Shown here one piece after another: positions 13,236 to 26,829 of a DNA stretch of 64,000 bases (positions are counted from its first letter, which is position 1; each line of letters begins with the position of its first letter). The stretch comes from Phoronis australis (Eukaryota; Animalia; Phoronida), in NCBI GenBank assembly GCA_002633005.1, contig NMRA01000571.1, forward strand, positions 199,418 through 263,417, given 5' to 3'. The position numbers and the translations under genes were made by a program. The notes under the pieces are model-generated. The model was not told where the DNA came from, did not search any database, and was given only the letters and a program-made list of their open reading frames with translations.

Positions 13236-13827
13236 ATTAGGCTTCTGATGTAGGCGCCTCCAAGCGACCGCCATAAGGATGTGTCACTGACCGCAGTTTT
13301 GTGATTGATCTACCGCCTCTCTACGGTCTCTGCCGCTAAGTAAATGAACCGGGTAGTTTTTCAATATCAAAAAATGACCCGGATCGCTTTTCAATATCGT
13401 TTGGATTTAAGTTTTTGAGGTTAAAAGTAAAAACAGACTTCCCAGATCCCAGTGCATCGCTCAGCTCACTAGTTGCCAGCGCGGTATAAAAATTCTCTCA
13501 CGTACACTATTCTTGTCTCACGTATCTGATGTCCGCTCAATCAAGCACCAGGAACTTTTCGACGTTTCGTTGTATCCCACGCAGTGTAATTATTTGCTCG
13601 CAAAGAGATCAACTCAGTCTTCTCTTGTGCCTCCGGCAATCCCGCATCGAACTTTTCGCCTCTCACGAACACCTTTCCCCCGTAGTCCCGGATTAAGAAT
13701 CGTCTAATTAGCACTTGACCCAGATCACCACTCTTCAATGGTTTTATTCTACAACAGCTAACCCACGCCAGTAGCGCTCCCCCCGGGAGAGTCACCCCCA
13801 GACACAAACATCCGCGTCAGATTCCCT

Positions 13828-13907
13828 ATTGCGGGTATTATCTCTCCTTATACCAACTCCTTCATTGCGGGTATTATCTCTCCTTATCCCAACTCCTTCA
13901 TTGCGGG
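13828..13907. repeat. 36-bp tandem repeat, ~2.2 copies
   Basis: ATTGCGGGTATTATCTCTCCTTAT(A/C)CCAACTCCTTC twice, then ATTGCGGG. Confidence 0.9.
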
Positions 13908-14039
13908 GAACCGTTGAATATTGACAGGACAAGTTTTCACGGACTCGGGGTCATTTTTCATGTGTTGAAAATTCTTCACATTAAATATAGACCCCACGAA
14001 AAAACTGTCCGGGTCAAAAAGTTACCCCTGGATTCCGTC
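13905..14039 (-). mobile_element. DNA-transposon terminal region (possibly Sola3-like); second copy at ~40260-40390 in opposite orientation
   Basis: TTTTCACGGAC..GGTCATTTTTCATG..AAAATTCTTCACATTAAAT is the reverse complement of 40310-40365. Superfamily call is inference. Confidence 0.55.
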
Positions 14040-16678
14040 AGATCGGCGAGTACGGTTTCACAGGTTCAGAGCCTGTCGGTTGTTAAGGCGTTACATTCAT
14101 GTATTAAAGAGGCCTGGAAAGCAAAGAACACACTGAAATGCATTAGTCAAAGTGGTTCGCTGCCAGTGAAACAGCATTCAGCGTGTTCAGCAGGTATTTT
14201 TACGGTTTGCTAGTAAAGATTTTGAATTTCTTTTTATGTCAAAGCATTTTTCTTTTCCAATTTCAAAAAAAACATTAGTCATCTGCTCGTCACGTGGTTG
14301 ATTTTTCTCCCACTTGAAGCAAAGCTCATCTCCTTATTTGACATGGCAATACATAAACGTACCACATTCCCTTAATATATGCCGGAAAATGTGACCTTTG
14401 CCATTCGATTTAAACAAAACAATGGCGATTTCAAGCAGCAGCTGGATTAAGAGGCAATTGGTATTAAAAATTAGATACAATGGTATCATAGTATTCAAAT
14501 ATATTCTAAAATGAACTTGGAATTCTCTTTGGGAAATACCTTGTGTCACTGGTTTCCCCCATGCATCAGTGTACTGTGGTGTCGACATCACTGAGATTTG
14601 GAGTGCGATCACGCGCGTGATAATCTGCCGTTAATATCTTTAATATCTTCTACTCACTCAGCTGTTTGTCTAATGGCAGATCGCATGCGCGCATCAATTA
14701 TTAGCGGAAGGAAGATTAGAAACTCTTTGGTGACTACAGAGTTCTTCCTTTGTGCGTATTTAAAAATCGTGAATTTTATCATTTTCCGTGGAAACTTCCT
14801 CACCTACAACTTAAGGCAACTCGTTACTTTGATGTGATCTGGCATTCCAAGACCGTCCATGGAGTTCCAAGCCTCTCATTTGCCAATGCGTACGGGTTGT
14901 ACAAGTAAACGCGTGCTGGCTTGACTTGACGCGCTAATGTATTTTGCTGCGAAGACAAAAGCTCGTGTCACGACGTTATGCGACCTAAACGCTGCAGGCC
15001 AGAGAGACCAAAAACAGGTTTATTGATTAGTACTTTCTTGACACTAATACACATCTGTATACAGCACTGACGGCAACATCATCCTTTCATTTGCATGTGA
15101 ATATTGCTCAGAGACACACAGAACCTTTGGAATCCGTTACTGTTGCAGTCTCATTGACCTATTGTCGTGAGGACGTTGGCATAATTAATGCAATGAGAAT
15201 GACCTTATTGAAGAACTGCCCTCTGACGGATTGCTGAGGTATACATGTAGGTGCAATTTTAAAATATCCGTGTCCCTTAAACATTGCCGGACTTCCACTG
15301 GAATGCACGAGAAATCTCACTAACAAGTAAAAATTCTGCCAAGTTTCATGAGATATATCCCGACCTCATGCGTCTGCCATGTCCCGTCATGCATCTGTGC
15401 GCAAGAATTCGCCTCAAAATTTCTTTCAGTGACTCAACACTTAGGAGTTAAATATATGGCCGATCAAACTAATAATTGGCTGCGGAAAATAGAAAGGGTC
15501 TTGTGAGGTTGTTTCGATTTTACGTAGGTTGCCAAATACAGACGGTTCATTGTTACCCCTATACAAGAGCTAATTAGTGATGGCGGATTTATGAAAATCG
15601 TCTGAAATTTCCACTTCATAAGAATATGTGGATGTTGTTGAAACGTCCGAATATTTAGCCAGATCTTTACAAAACTATAATTTTGACTCTGTGAATGTAT
15701 ACGTTTTCTGAAAGTAGACAGCCTGGGGAATTTAATATGGGACATCCAACCACTAATTAAGGTTATTTCAAACCTTATTTAGTGGCCTCTATTCTAACTG
15801 GTATATCAAAAAAACTAAGCTTTGTCAACTAGCAAAAGTACATATTTTCTTAAAGAAAAAAGATTAGGGAATATGAAAATACTTTTTGTATTAATATACC
15901 ATTATTATTTTTACGTAAAAACCTTTTTAAGTCAAAATTTTATTTCTCAGAAAGGTACATTCATAGAAAAGTAACCCTTTGATCGATTTTAATGAAACCT
16001 TTTTTAAATGAAAACTTCACTAGTAACCTCAAAAACGATCATGTCTTTTAAATAAAATTTAGCAAAAAGAAAGGTGCGTTGATAGTAAAGCAACGACATC
16101 AATAACAAGAACAGGACATCGTTTATTTTCAACGGTCATTGTATTTGTCTCAGTTCTCTGAAAAGACAGACTGAAAAAACATAATAGCGGAATTTAAAAC
16201 CGTGGTCTTCATCTGCGCTCTACACTCTCAATCAAACTACTGACATAATATAACAAAATTGTAGAGATGAGAGTGTACTTTTGTGAGCTCAAAAATGTAG
16301 CGGTTAACAAAGACGCGTGTCCTGTCCAAGTTTGCACATAACGACCCTTGGATTCGAACTACAAATATGAGTGAAAATTCAAGATTTCGAGAATAATTAC
16401 TGATGGCTTAAGAGTTCAGATTGGAACTCACAGCTTAAATACTGAGGTCATCAAGTGCAAACTAGGATTAGACATCATTCACGTAAACCACGTCGAGCAC
16501 AGAATACTACGGGAGGAAAGTTGAGCTAAATACCAAAAAGGAGGATCATGGGAAATGACAAAATAATTTGGAGATCGATTTCGAGTACAACGATATATTA
16601 AACCTTGGCCATGATTTCTACCCAGGATTGAGTTGGGACGCCAGCAGTCACAATATGGAATGTTCCTCTGACGACACG

Positions 16679-19600
16679 TCACAGACGACTCGGTGCTTGA
16701 AGCTGTATACTAATTTTCCCTACAGACTTCCTGTCTCTGATCAGTTCAAAAGCGTTGTTGATCTGAAATGGTTAAGATTTCAGTCTATTTCTGTTTCATT
16801 GAGTTCCGATCGGACAACACTTTTGGTACCTGACATCACAGTCTTATAAAATAAAGAAACAGATTTGATTATAAGGAAATTCTAACTTTTATACTTCTGC
16901 CAGAGCATCAAGAAAATGGCTGCTACTGAGATGAATTAATCTGGAAGGAGAAAGAGGTCGCTATTGAGGCCAAGGCCATTTGAGTACAGTTGAAAGAATC
17001 CGACTGTGGTGCAATGGCCCAATTAAACAATATAAGAATTTACAGTGTGTAAATATCTGAAAGAAATCTGTTGAAACTCATAGGCCCTGCATTTTAGTTT
17101 TTGAAATTTGAAGTCGATGGTTGACTTAAACAAAAGATAAGAAAACACTGGGCTAGGTGCCCCGGCGTACCGTAGATGCAAAAACGCGACCCAAAGCACG
17201 CTGTCATGGTGTTTCTCCAGTAACAATTCGACATTATTTAGGTGAGACGAGGCACTATAGGCAACTGATATAAACACAAGCACATCCAGTCATGTCAAAT
17301 AAATTTTGCGCAGAAGGACCAAATTTGAGGGCAAATAAGACAGCGACACATTCAATTATTGCAGAATAGACCAAACGCTAATGAGTCAAACGACTAGCAA
17401 ACCAACGAACACCCTACGGTCGGTTGCTCTCACACCTTGTATCAAAAACATACGTTCAGAAGGAAACAGTACGAACCTGTTCTAAAGGAAACGTAGTTTC
17501 TGTGTAAGGATTTATCTTTCCCTCCGCGCACAAGTTAATCACCGTTCGACAACTTTCTTCGTATACACGCGCGTCCCGCATGGCAAATGAACCCCAATAG
17601 ACTCCGATGGCGGAGATATTCTTTAGTAGCAGATGATTGGCAGGTATTTTAGGAATGTCTCCAGAGGCAAATCCGATGACGAGAATTCGACCTTCGAGGG
17701 CAATACTGCAATGGAATCAAATGCTGAAAAATGCAATAACAAAAACCTCGCCGTTAGGCCAAAAATAGCATTGTTGATTTTGGGACCCGTTCCATGTAAA
17801 TTCACTTAGCTAAGAAAAATCTTCAATTGCAGTCGTTTTTAAGATAAAACTTTTAAGTTTAAAAATTTGTCTCAAGAACGTCTCAAGAAAGAGATTTTAA
17901 ATTCGACTTAAGTTCTTGACTTACCTATGCCTCAATTTTGACTACCTTGCCGGATGCGGGAGTTTAAAAGTTTGGACAAATCTTAGACTTAAGTCAAAAA
18001 TGAACTTAAGTCAGTTTCGTGGAACGAGCCCCTTAGCTGGTCTCTACTCAGTCACGATTTGGGACCGAATATAAAACGCCCGCAAAATCAGTTTCAGCCA
18101 ATTTACCGTGCAACCAAGAAAGTGTAAGCAAACAAAATGCCATGATTTGAAACGTCATGAGTAAAAAACACAGATCCCTATCATCTTAGCTCGTCTAAAG
18201 TGGATTTCCTTTTTTGAAAAAACTAAGCAAATAAAAAATACCGAGTCACAGACGTGATTTTCAAAAAAAAAAACAGAGACCAGAACCAACTTTGCTTTGC
18301 TGGTCTTACCTCACCAAGAATTGACAACTTTTGTTTGGGAATACAATTACACCGTTGTGACTGCTAACCAACGTATCTGTTGCGATTTGAGATGACAGGC
18401 TAAGCTCAAGATCATCGCATTTGAACTATGCAGGTAACAAGGTCTGTCCTGTTGATATGTATAACAGCACATTTAGCAAAACAATCGCTGATCAAGGATT
18501 TGAAATGTACTTGTATCAACTATTTAACCCTACCCCAACAATAACAATGTTAGAAATTCACTTTGACGTTTTTTCAGCATAACCTCGTCAAGTGTAGGAT
18601 CATACAATACCACCAAACACTAAACGATACGAGAAGACGACGTTTTGCACGAAGATCAAGTATCAATCTTCATCGTCATCACCATCGAGTTGACAGCTTA
18701 AACATCAATCAGTTGAGTATACTGGATGTGGATGACGTAGATGTAGACAAGGGTTGGTCAATTTATTATTTGTAGAAAAGGGGACGTATGAAATGGAATG
18801 ATAACCAGAAGATATTGAAAATAATAAATAATAACCACACAACTTAAGCATTTCAAGAAAACATGTTTTTTTCAAATTTCCTGTGAAAAAAGCATACTAT
18901 CAGATGCACAAACAAATACAGTAATAAAGGGGAAGTCCTGTCTAGAAGAAAACCATAGGATAGAACCACTGAATCATTGGTTCGAACTGTTGAATCATCC
19001 TTGTACGCGCATGTACAGACAGCAACCTCCTCATACCCACAAATCCTGAAAGTACACCCTCTCAAGCCAGCGTCCCGGTTTGTCAAATAATGCCCTACAT
19101 AAGACCGTATATGTGCATGTCGGTCATGGGCAAGTGATAGCGAACACTAAGTTGATTTTCAACAGAAAGGTATTAATGAAAATTCTACAATAAACCGTAT
19201 TCACACTTAACGGTCACATCCTGGGTACAAGAATTTTGTCAAGGGTGACGGACAATGGTAAACCCCGGTGTTTTCGTAGCATCAAAGCTTCCCTTGGAGT
19301 TGTCACTCCGAGGTTCAATCATAGCAGCCATGGGATTTAGTTAAAAGACGACTGAAATCATGGCTACAGTCGAGCAGATCTCAAACTTCGAACGCAAACG
19401 CCATTCTGAGTCCTCATTATGCCTCCCGGTGTACTATTCCCAGACGGCATTCCCCATTTTGACAGTCACGTAACTTGCTGCAATGACCAGCTGAGGTTCC
19501 CGACGTGGGTCGTATTCATAAACTAAATACTGTAATCTAGTGTGTATTACCACAAATCGAAAAAGGTTTATTCCTTTACCATTTCATGGAGTTTTTAAAC

Positions 19601-22600
19601 ACCGATCCTCCCACGTTTTCAAACACCACATCGGCTCCATGACCTTCAGTTATTTCCATGACCCTGTCTTTAATGTCTTCCGTTTTGTAGTCTATGACGT
19701 ATTGCGCGCCGCACTTCTTAGCAATAGCGCACTTTTCACTGCCCCCGCAAGCAGCTATGACCTGAAGCGACATATATTGCCGGAAAACAAAAACTAAGAC
19801 ACAATCGACATGCTTGGCAATGTTATCTTTGAAACCTAATAAATAATGTTCCTTAAGCGCACAAGCAATCAGTCAACTCCACTCGGTCCTTACCGGATGT
19901 CGTGTAAAACTAGAAACGCTAACCTGCCTTTTAAAAAAAAACTGAAAAGATCATCCCGAAACAAGAACCAAAACTAAGATTTTCTAGAACGTGGTCTACG
20001 CCAAGTTAAGAAATGTTATCTGCACACATCGATACATCCGCAGCTTTATCCGCAGAATTTAATGTATATAGTATCAAGTTGCAAAATTTAATGAAAGAAA
20101 TGAAAATCTAGTTGCAGCTTTGTGCACCAAAACTTTATCAAATAGTGAAAACTACTGTAAGTAATAGTGGACAAACTGAATTCAAACACCTTGGCGCCAA
20201 AAACGTTGACAGCGACGTCAATCACGGCTAGACCGAGACCGCCCGCAGCCCCGGTAACAAGGACGTATTCCCTGTAACGAAAACAGAAAACTTTGTTTAC
20301 TAAAAATATTTTTCTCCCCATTGAGCTCTCAAGAGCCGTGGTCACGGTGTGGAAAATGACGCCATGGAGATGAATCATTAGCGATTTCAAGCAATACCAG
20401 TACCTGTCACGAAACAATTTCACTAGAAATCATTGAAGCACCCAAGCATTGAAAAAATTCATTTATCTTTCAGAGGTCGAGGCCAGCAGCTCAAACGTTT
20501 CAAAAGAGCGATAATACGAAGAACAAAACTAAAAGGAAACAATAAGTACTCACCCAGACTTAAGGTGAGCTCTTCGTCCCAGTGCCATGTGCGCCGTACC
20601 GTAGTTCGCCAGTAAACCGGCTGCTTTCAGGAAACTGATGGAGTCCGGAAGTTTCCACACACCCTGGGTTAAAAATTAGTGGGTTTTGGTTTATGTCTCA
20701 AGTTAATAAAATAGAAACACCAGCTTTGAGGTGGTTCATGCATACGTAAGTCTGACACCTTCAGAGTAATATCAAAGCTAAAAGACAATCTCACTGTGTG
20801 CAGTTTTTTTGAGCTGTCTTTTGTGTTGAATGATAAAGTTGCATTCCTTCGAATTTAGCCTTATTTTTACAGAAGGCAGTTATGTGGCAGCTTTAAATGC
20901 GTTACCCATAAAGACTTTCAATTAGTGTACTATTGTGTCAAAGCGTTACTTGTGTATTTTGTCGATCATATCATAGACTAGTCTACAATCTATGGTCATA
21001 TTCTCTATTTACACTTTACTAAAAGAACTAAATTTTTCAAAGAGTCTTTACATTGTACTACAGCGCACGAACAAAGTAACGTTTCCACCTCATGACGGCT
21101 AGTATACTAGGAAAACAAGCAATAAACCGACACGGCAGTGAATTTTGGGGATGAAGTGAACTCGGCTGCGTTCGAGCGTAATTACTACATATTCTGGATC
21201 ACTGTGTCCCATTATTTTCCGTGAGTAATGCACCGCGATAGTGTACTTTCATTGTAACTGCGTTTTACACTGTTTTTCGCGTCCATTAAGCTAACGTTAT
21301 TTTGATGTAATGAAGACCTTGAGCAGCACAGAGTCCGTGCAAAAACATCAGAATCTGACAATTCCAAAAAAACTCCAACAGGCTGACGTACTGGATTGAT
21401 CCGCTTCTTCGCGGAGGCAGAATTGTTTAGAATTCAGGAGCTCTTTCGCGGCTAGAAAAATCACGTGTTGCAGTATCTCGCGTCAAGTCACGCGAAGTCT
21501 TGGTTTTCTAGCGAGGTCTCCACCCTCGTCTACTCTTCAAATCGTCAGAGTTGATAAACGTGGGAAGATAATTACAACATTATGATATCTGCCCTTGATG
21601 TCAGTATTGCCTACACTACATTAATGGGATATGCATGAAAAAGAAGCAAGATCGGTGCTTGACACACGTGTTGCATTGTGGGTAAATACCTTAGAATGAG
21701 AGTGGTGCTTTGTTATTTCACAGCGGACCTGATGTTTAAACCTGAAAGGATTAAACGATACTGAGAATAAAGGTGAACGAATGTAAAGTCAAAATTTTCG
21801 TTAAAGATTACGGACCTGTAGATTTGGATTTTCTAAATTGTCTTCGTCCATGACCACTTCTCCGGCAAAGGCACCCGAAGGTACCATGGCAACGACGCGA
21901 TCACCAACGCTCAAGGATTTAACCTTTGAACCCACTTCGACAACCCGACCAGAAAGTTCGCTGCCTGAAAAGCACAAAACCGTGTGTATAATTATGTTCC
22001 GTGTGTCGCCAATGAAATCTACTTATCAATCTTAGAAAGCATGGCACGCTTGCTTGACGTTATTCAAGGGGTTCGACATGGTTATATTTGATTATTGGTT
22101 GTTTTTCCAAATTACCACATTTCGTCCTTTGCTACAAATTTTTGCAAAAAATGTTGGGTCATTGAACTAAGTTTTCCGTTACAACGACCAAACAAATCTA
22201 TCGCCGGGTTCCGGCAAAAATGTGCAATTTACATACTAACGGGTAATCGAAGTCACCTCTAATTACATTGGAATTCTTTTCAAAACCGACTAATTTTTAT
22301 TACATGACGTCTGTTTTCGCAGCCTTAAATTATATTTCCCAATTTACTGTTGTTTTTAAGACAGTGTCAACGTTATTTGAAATAAAAATTACATTCAAAT
22401 GTTCTACAAACTGTCGTAAAACGACTGCTTTACGGCTTTTTGGAAAACCGTGTGGATCCCCATATGCGATTGTTTTATACTTGGATTACCACATAGATTT
22501 TTCAATTTTCCGAAAAAAATGCACCTCTATGTCTTTTTATTTACGATGATTCCTTTTCTAAAACAGTTCTCAGAATGAAAATGTTACCTGGCACGAAGAT

Positions 22601-23949
22601 GGTGGTGTTCAGATATGAGATCAACTTGTAAGGAATGAATCCATGCGAATTCATTGATGAAAACGTTCGTCCTAATAACTTGACGGTCCACCAAGTATGT
22701 TACGCTGCCCGTAAACCTGATTCCTAACCCCTTCAGAATTCTGTGTGACTCGGAATATTGGCACTTAACAAACATTTCCTGACATGTTTATCCTTACAGC
22801 GTTTTTACCCATCTTCATCTGCATTTGAGTGAAAATTACTTTAAATTTCCAATTTACAAAAATAACCAAAGAAGAATGTTTTCTTACCTGGTATAAACGG
22901 CACGGGATGACTCTCTTGATACTTTCCTTGTATTACTAGATATGTGGCAAACATGATAGACGAATAATGAGTCTGTATTCGGATCTGTGAAGATAAAATG
23001 TAAAACAATCGACGTCAGTTTCAGACCATTTAAGATTTATATCTCAACATTTTACATACCGCTTTAATTGAATCCCAAAACAGCAGACAACTACTATCGA
23101 GGCACGCAGTGAGTTTCGTAGACCTAGTTTCTGGGAAAAAGGGTAAGAACTCACAAGACTTCGCGAGATATCGCCAAGTATTGCAAACGAAGCACGTGAT
23201 CTCACTAGCATCCTTAGCGAGACTCTCACCTCCACGGACCGCATACATCGTCAGTAGTACAGTATCATGCGTTAAAAAATCTGAAATGTCTAGGAGTAAT
23301 GAACAATCACCGTTGAATAACAAAGATACCGTGCAATGATAATAGGTACTATGAAAACAGATGTCTAGTCGTTTATAAACGATGAAAATTCATAGTTTTA
23401 AAAATAAGCAGATGTTAACGTAAACTAATAGAGGGCGCTCAAATGTTTGAAACAGACCATCATAACGTTGGGTAACTCTCCAAGTCGTCCTTAGCTTCAT
23501 GAGAATGAAAATTTGAAAACTCCTTGCATGTACTGGAAAACTGTTAAGCATTACTAACGCATTGAGATGGTTAATCGATAATTGTGATGCGGGAAAATCG
23601 CCCACTTTGTAACAGCACAAAGAAATGTTTTATCCGAATTATTTGCTTTCACTCCAACAGCCAGTCTTCCAGGAAACACTAATTAGACCAACTAGTAAAT
23701 GACATGATCTGTCTCGGGAGAAATCACAAAAAATGGTTTGATGCAAGAGATGACAGAGTTTTAGTGGCGCTCAACCCATCTGTGTAAACTATAACATTAT
23801 GTCAAAATATGGCCCCGCCCACCTGGGTGTCTTCCAGGGGATGCGAAGTCTTTGTGCGTATCATGAGTGGCTGGCCTAATTCTTCGCACACCGCAGCACG
23901 GTAAGTCCTCTGTGTGGACGTGTTAGCTAGGCAAGGCATCAGAAGACGT
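16679..23949 (-). CDS. Quinone oxidoreductase-like protein 2 / zeta-crystallin-family NADPH-dependent MDR oxidoreductase, at least 8 coding exons, C-terminal PTS1 (SRL)
   Basis: Exons 23949-23823 (YRAAVCEELGQPL), 22984-22888 (GKYQ..PVPFIPG), 21964-21816 (ELSGRVVEVG..VGDRV), 20663-20554 (YGTAHMAL), 20271-20190 (VLVTGAAGGLG nucleotide-binding motif), 19761-19580 (GADVVFENVGG), 17705-17477 (EGRILVIGFASG..LLLKNISAIGVYWG), 16762-16679 (RKSVGKI..APSRL*). All have AG/GT borders and compatible phases. The 5' exon was not located. Confidence 0.93.
20972..20994. mobile_element. 23-bp micro TIR element CATAGA..TCTATG with 7-bp near-perfect TSD
   Basis: ATCATAT|CATAGACTAGTCTACAATCTATG|GTCATAT. Confidence 0.5.
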
Positions 23950-24110
23950 CTGTAAATAAATATCACAAGTATAGTTTCAGCAAAATGAAAAGCTCCCATA
24001 AAAAGTCACCATTTCCTTTCCCGGTGCTCCTATGTTTGTGCACGAAGGCTGAAGGTGACACCTATTGGAAAGCAAGCTCACAAGCCCAACGACTCGCTTC
24101 TCTGAGTACG

Positions 24111-24781
24111 TGTCAGGGGTCCAAGAAATTTACACACGTAATGGTGTAGTTATAGGAAAACCTGTCCCTGAACAAACTCAACTTTGTCTAAATGGTCACG
24201 TGCGCCTCGAGTGTCTGAAGAACCGGGGCCCCCCGAGGCCGCACCAAGCTTGGCGCGCCGGTGGCGGAGCAAAGGCATATTGCATGAGGGTATAAACTGG
24301 GTATATCACCCGGAAACTGTAAGTCTGTACTGCTGTCTGTAAACCCAGAGCTTGACGCTGCAGTCACTAATAAAACAGAACTTCGTTGCATGGCCCTAGC
24401 CCAGACCCGAGTTTCGGAAATCGGAACAGCGCCGCCGATACACAGACGTATGTGCCCTGACTCACACACCTCCGAGTGTAGCCGATATTTACGTACCGAT
24501 CACTCTGCACCTTTGACTTCATGACACTGCCAACGAGGCGGTTCTTCGACATTGTAACTAGCACTCTGATAAACATCCGAACTAAACTGCGTCTCACCAC
24601 TGATAATGTACAAATACGCAAGACCTACGAACACGCCGTAACGATCGATTCGGGCAATGTCTGAATAGTTATTTACTAACCCCAAGAGATAAATTGACCT
24701 ACTTAGAGCGTTGTACCGGCGCAGAGCTTTGCCGGAGTCGCATTGTCCTGTCATTGAATCAGTGCGGGTCGTGTTTTGACA
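24111..24781 (+). mobile_element. Possible solo LTR
   Basis: TGTCA...TGACA ends, internal TATAAA (24291) then AATAAA (~24369), GC-richer than the flanks; no TSD found. Confidence 0.35.
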
Positions 24782-26428
24782 GGGTTCTTGGGTTTCCTCC
24801 CTCACGAACCGCACGCTCTTTGTCATTATGGTGCACCATCGTGTTAAAGTTTCGGCCAATCTTAGTAAAATAATTTTCAATGCAGTAAATTAATTGCGAA
24901 CAGCTCAATTAATTTTGACGATCTGAGTCATAATTTGAACAGTATGAATTGTCATCACCAATTTCCACTTATAGTATGCCTAACTTGTTAAAAAATTACT
25001 GGCCCTGATAAACTTGCAAACTCTTTCAGCTCAGTTATGTGAATGTCTCATTGCAGAATACAGTTAGTTAGCCAATCAAGTCCTGCCCCTAATTAGTGCC
25101 AGCAATTCACAGACGCTTCTTCGGAATTGACAAAATTATTACATTCGTTTCGACTTTTGTGGTAATATTAAAGTATTACAATAAAAATCGTATTTTTCCC
25201 GAAGTGTGCATATCAGTTATAGCCATTTCTGCAACTGTACATCTTTGAATCCTTCTTGAAATTTGTATTTAGCTCATTACAGCTATCAAATTGGTATAAA
25301 CTTGTCCTTGCTCAGATTAGAAGTGATTTTTGATCTAGGAAGGAACCGACAGTTCTAAGAAGATGATCGTCGAATGACACACTGTGACAGGCGAGTAATG
25401 AAGACGTGCTATACTATATCAACGCTATGCCCATAACCGTATGTTCACGTCAGTACAGACCACGTGGTTTGTGTTGGTAAAGACTCACTACTTGTAGAAG
25501 CTCGTTCAGCAACAAATCTGATGATCACGTGATACTAAAATGAAGCCATTGTCAAGGTCCTTTAATGTGTTTTAAATGACAGAAAAAAGTTCTATCACCC
25601 CAACAATAAAGCTTTTTCTAGCACCTAGGAATTTTTACAAGGATTAAAAACAGCATGACATGATTGAGGGGGAGTCTTTGTGTTTTTCTGTTCCTTGTTA
25701 TTTTTGCGATCCTCACACAAGCTGAACACAGTACATCTACATGTATATCGTGTTTAAGCACAGCATCTTCTAAAGCTCGTTACTTTAATGGAGTTGTTTT
25801 TAGGAACCACTTTAATAACGAAGTACAGTGTATGTGTTTAAATTTAATTCAATGCTCGTCACAATGGATTTAGGTCGGGGGCTGGAAGTCGTTTTGTGGT
25901 TTATCTAAAAGGTAGAAAGTTTCATTGTTTGCCGATACTGTAACTTTTCATAGAAATACATTCCAAACAAAGGCACATGGAGCTGTTAATAATTTTTCAA
26001 ACGTTAAATGTTCAAAAGCCGGCGTTACCACGCAAGATCTTTTTTTGTCCGAAGGACGATTCCAAGTTTGTGTGAATGGAGATAGTCGACATTATTTGGT
26101 GAATTGTTTTAAAATCATTGTGAGATCATTTTAGAATACACACCGGCGTTAAAGACGTAGACAATAGGTATTATAAAAATTATTAAAATACAGCGTGCAC
26201 ATTAAAAACACCTCCTACACTCATCCCAGTGAACTGTCGGTGACGTCATGATTTGAAGGTGTAACCAGCAGAAAGAGGGCAAAATTAGTAAGTCCATTTT
26301 CTTGCTATCATACTGAGTTCTTGAAACATGGACACTGACTTCCGTCTTGCAAGGACGCTATCTGATACTTCGCACGAGTGAGTCTTATACTGGAATCTCA
26401 TGATACCTGTGTTTTCATCTAAAACCAG

Positions 26429-26829
26429 GGCCCGGTCTCTAATCTTTGTACTCGAAACGAACTCGAAACTATTTTTGGCAATTTCTCTGCTCCTTTTGTG
26501 CTGACTTAAGATAATTGGTTATCAGACTGGGCTTGAATACATTATAGTTTATGCATAGGAGTTTCTAGTTCAAGTTTGCCCTTGAAGACCCTTATATTCG
26601 TGTTACAAACTCGAGTACAAACTCGAAATTTCGAGTTCAAACTCGAAATTATTGCTTTAATATTGGGTTTACAAACTGTGAACTAAGGGCAATAAATTAT
26701 CTACGTAAGTTATTGTGTACTCGAGCATAGAATAATAGACACTTATCTTGAGTTCGCCCAAAAGTAGAGTAGAAAATGCCAAACCTAATTTCGAGTTCCA
26801 TTTCGAGTAAAAAGATTGGAGACCGGGCC
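26429..26829 (+). mobile_element. Harbinger/PIF-type MITE, 401 bp
   Basis: TIRs GGCCCGGTCTC(T/C)AATCTTT..ACTCGAAA; 3-bp TSD CAG at 26426-26428 and 26830-26832. Confidence 0.85.

Noticed and set aside
13828-13907. 36-bp repeat of CRISPR-like length
   Set aside because: Copies are directly adjacent with no spacers; a simple tandem duplication.
24065-24880. Cluster of overlapping ORFs as a possible first exon or small gene
   Set aside because: No recognisable motif or phase-2 donor joining to the 23949 exon; better explained as GC-richer LTR-like sequence.
25484-25550. Candidate first exon of the oxidoreductase (ATGGCT..., GTGAGT donor)
   Set aside because: The ATG frame stops after 4 codons and I found no ATG-initiated phase-2 join; at most a non-coding exon.
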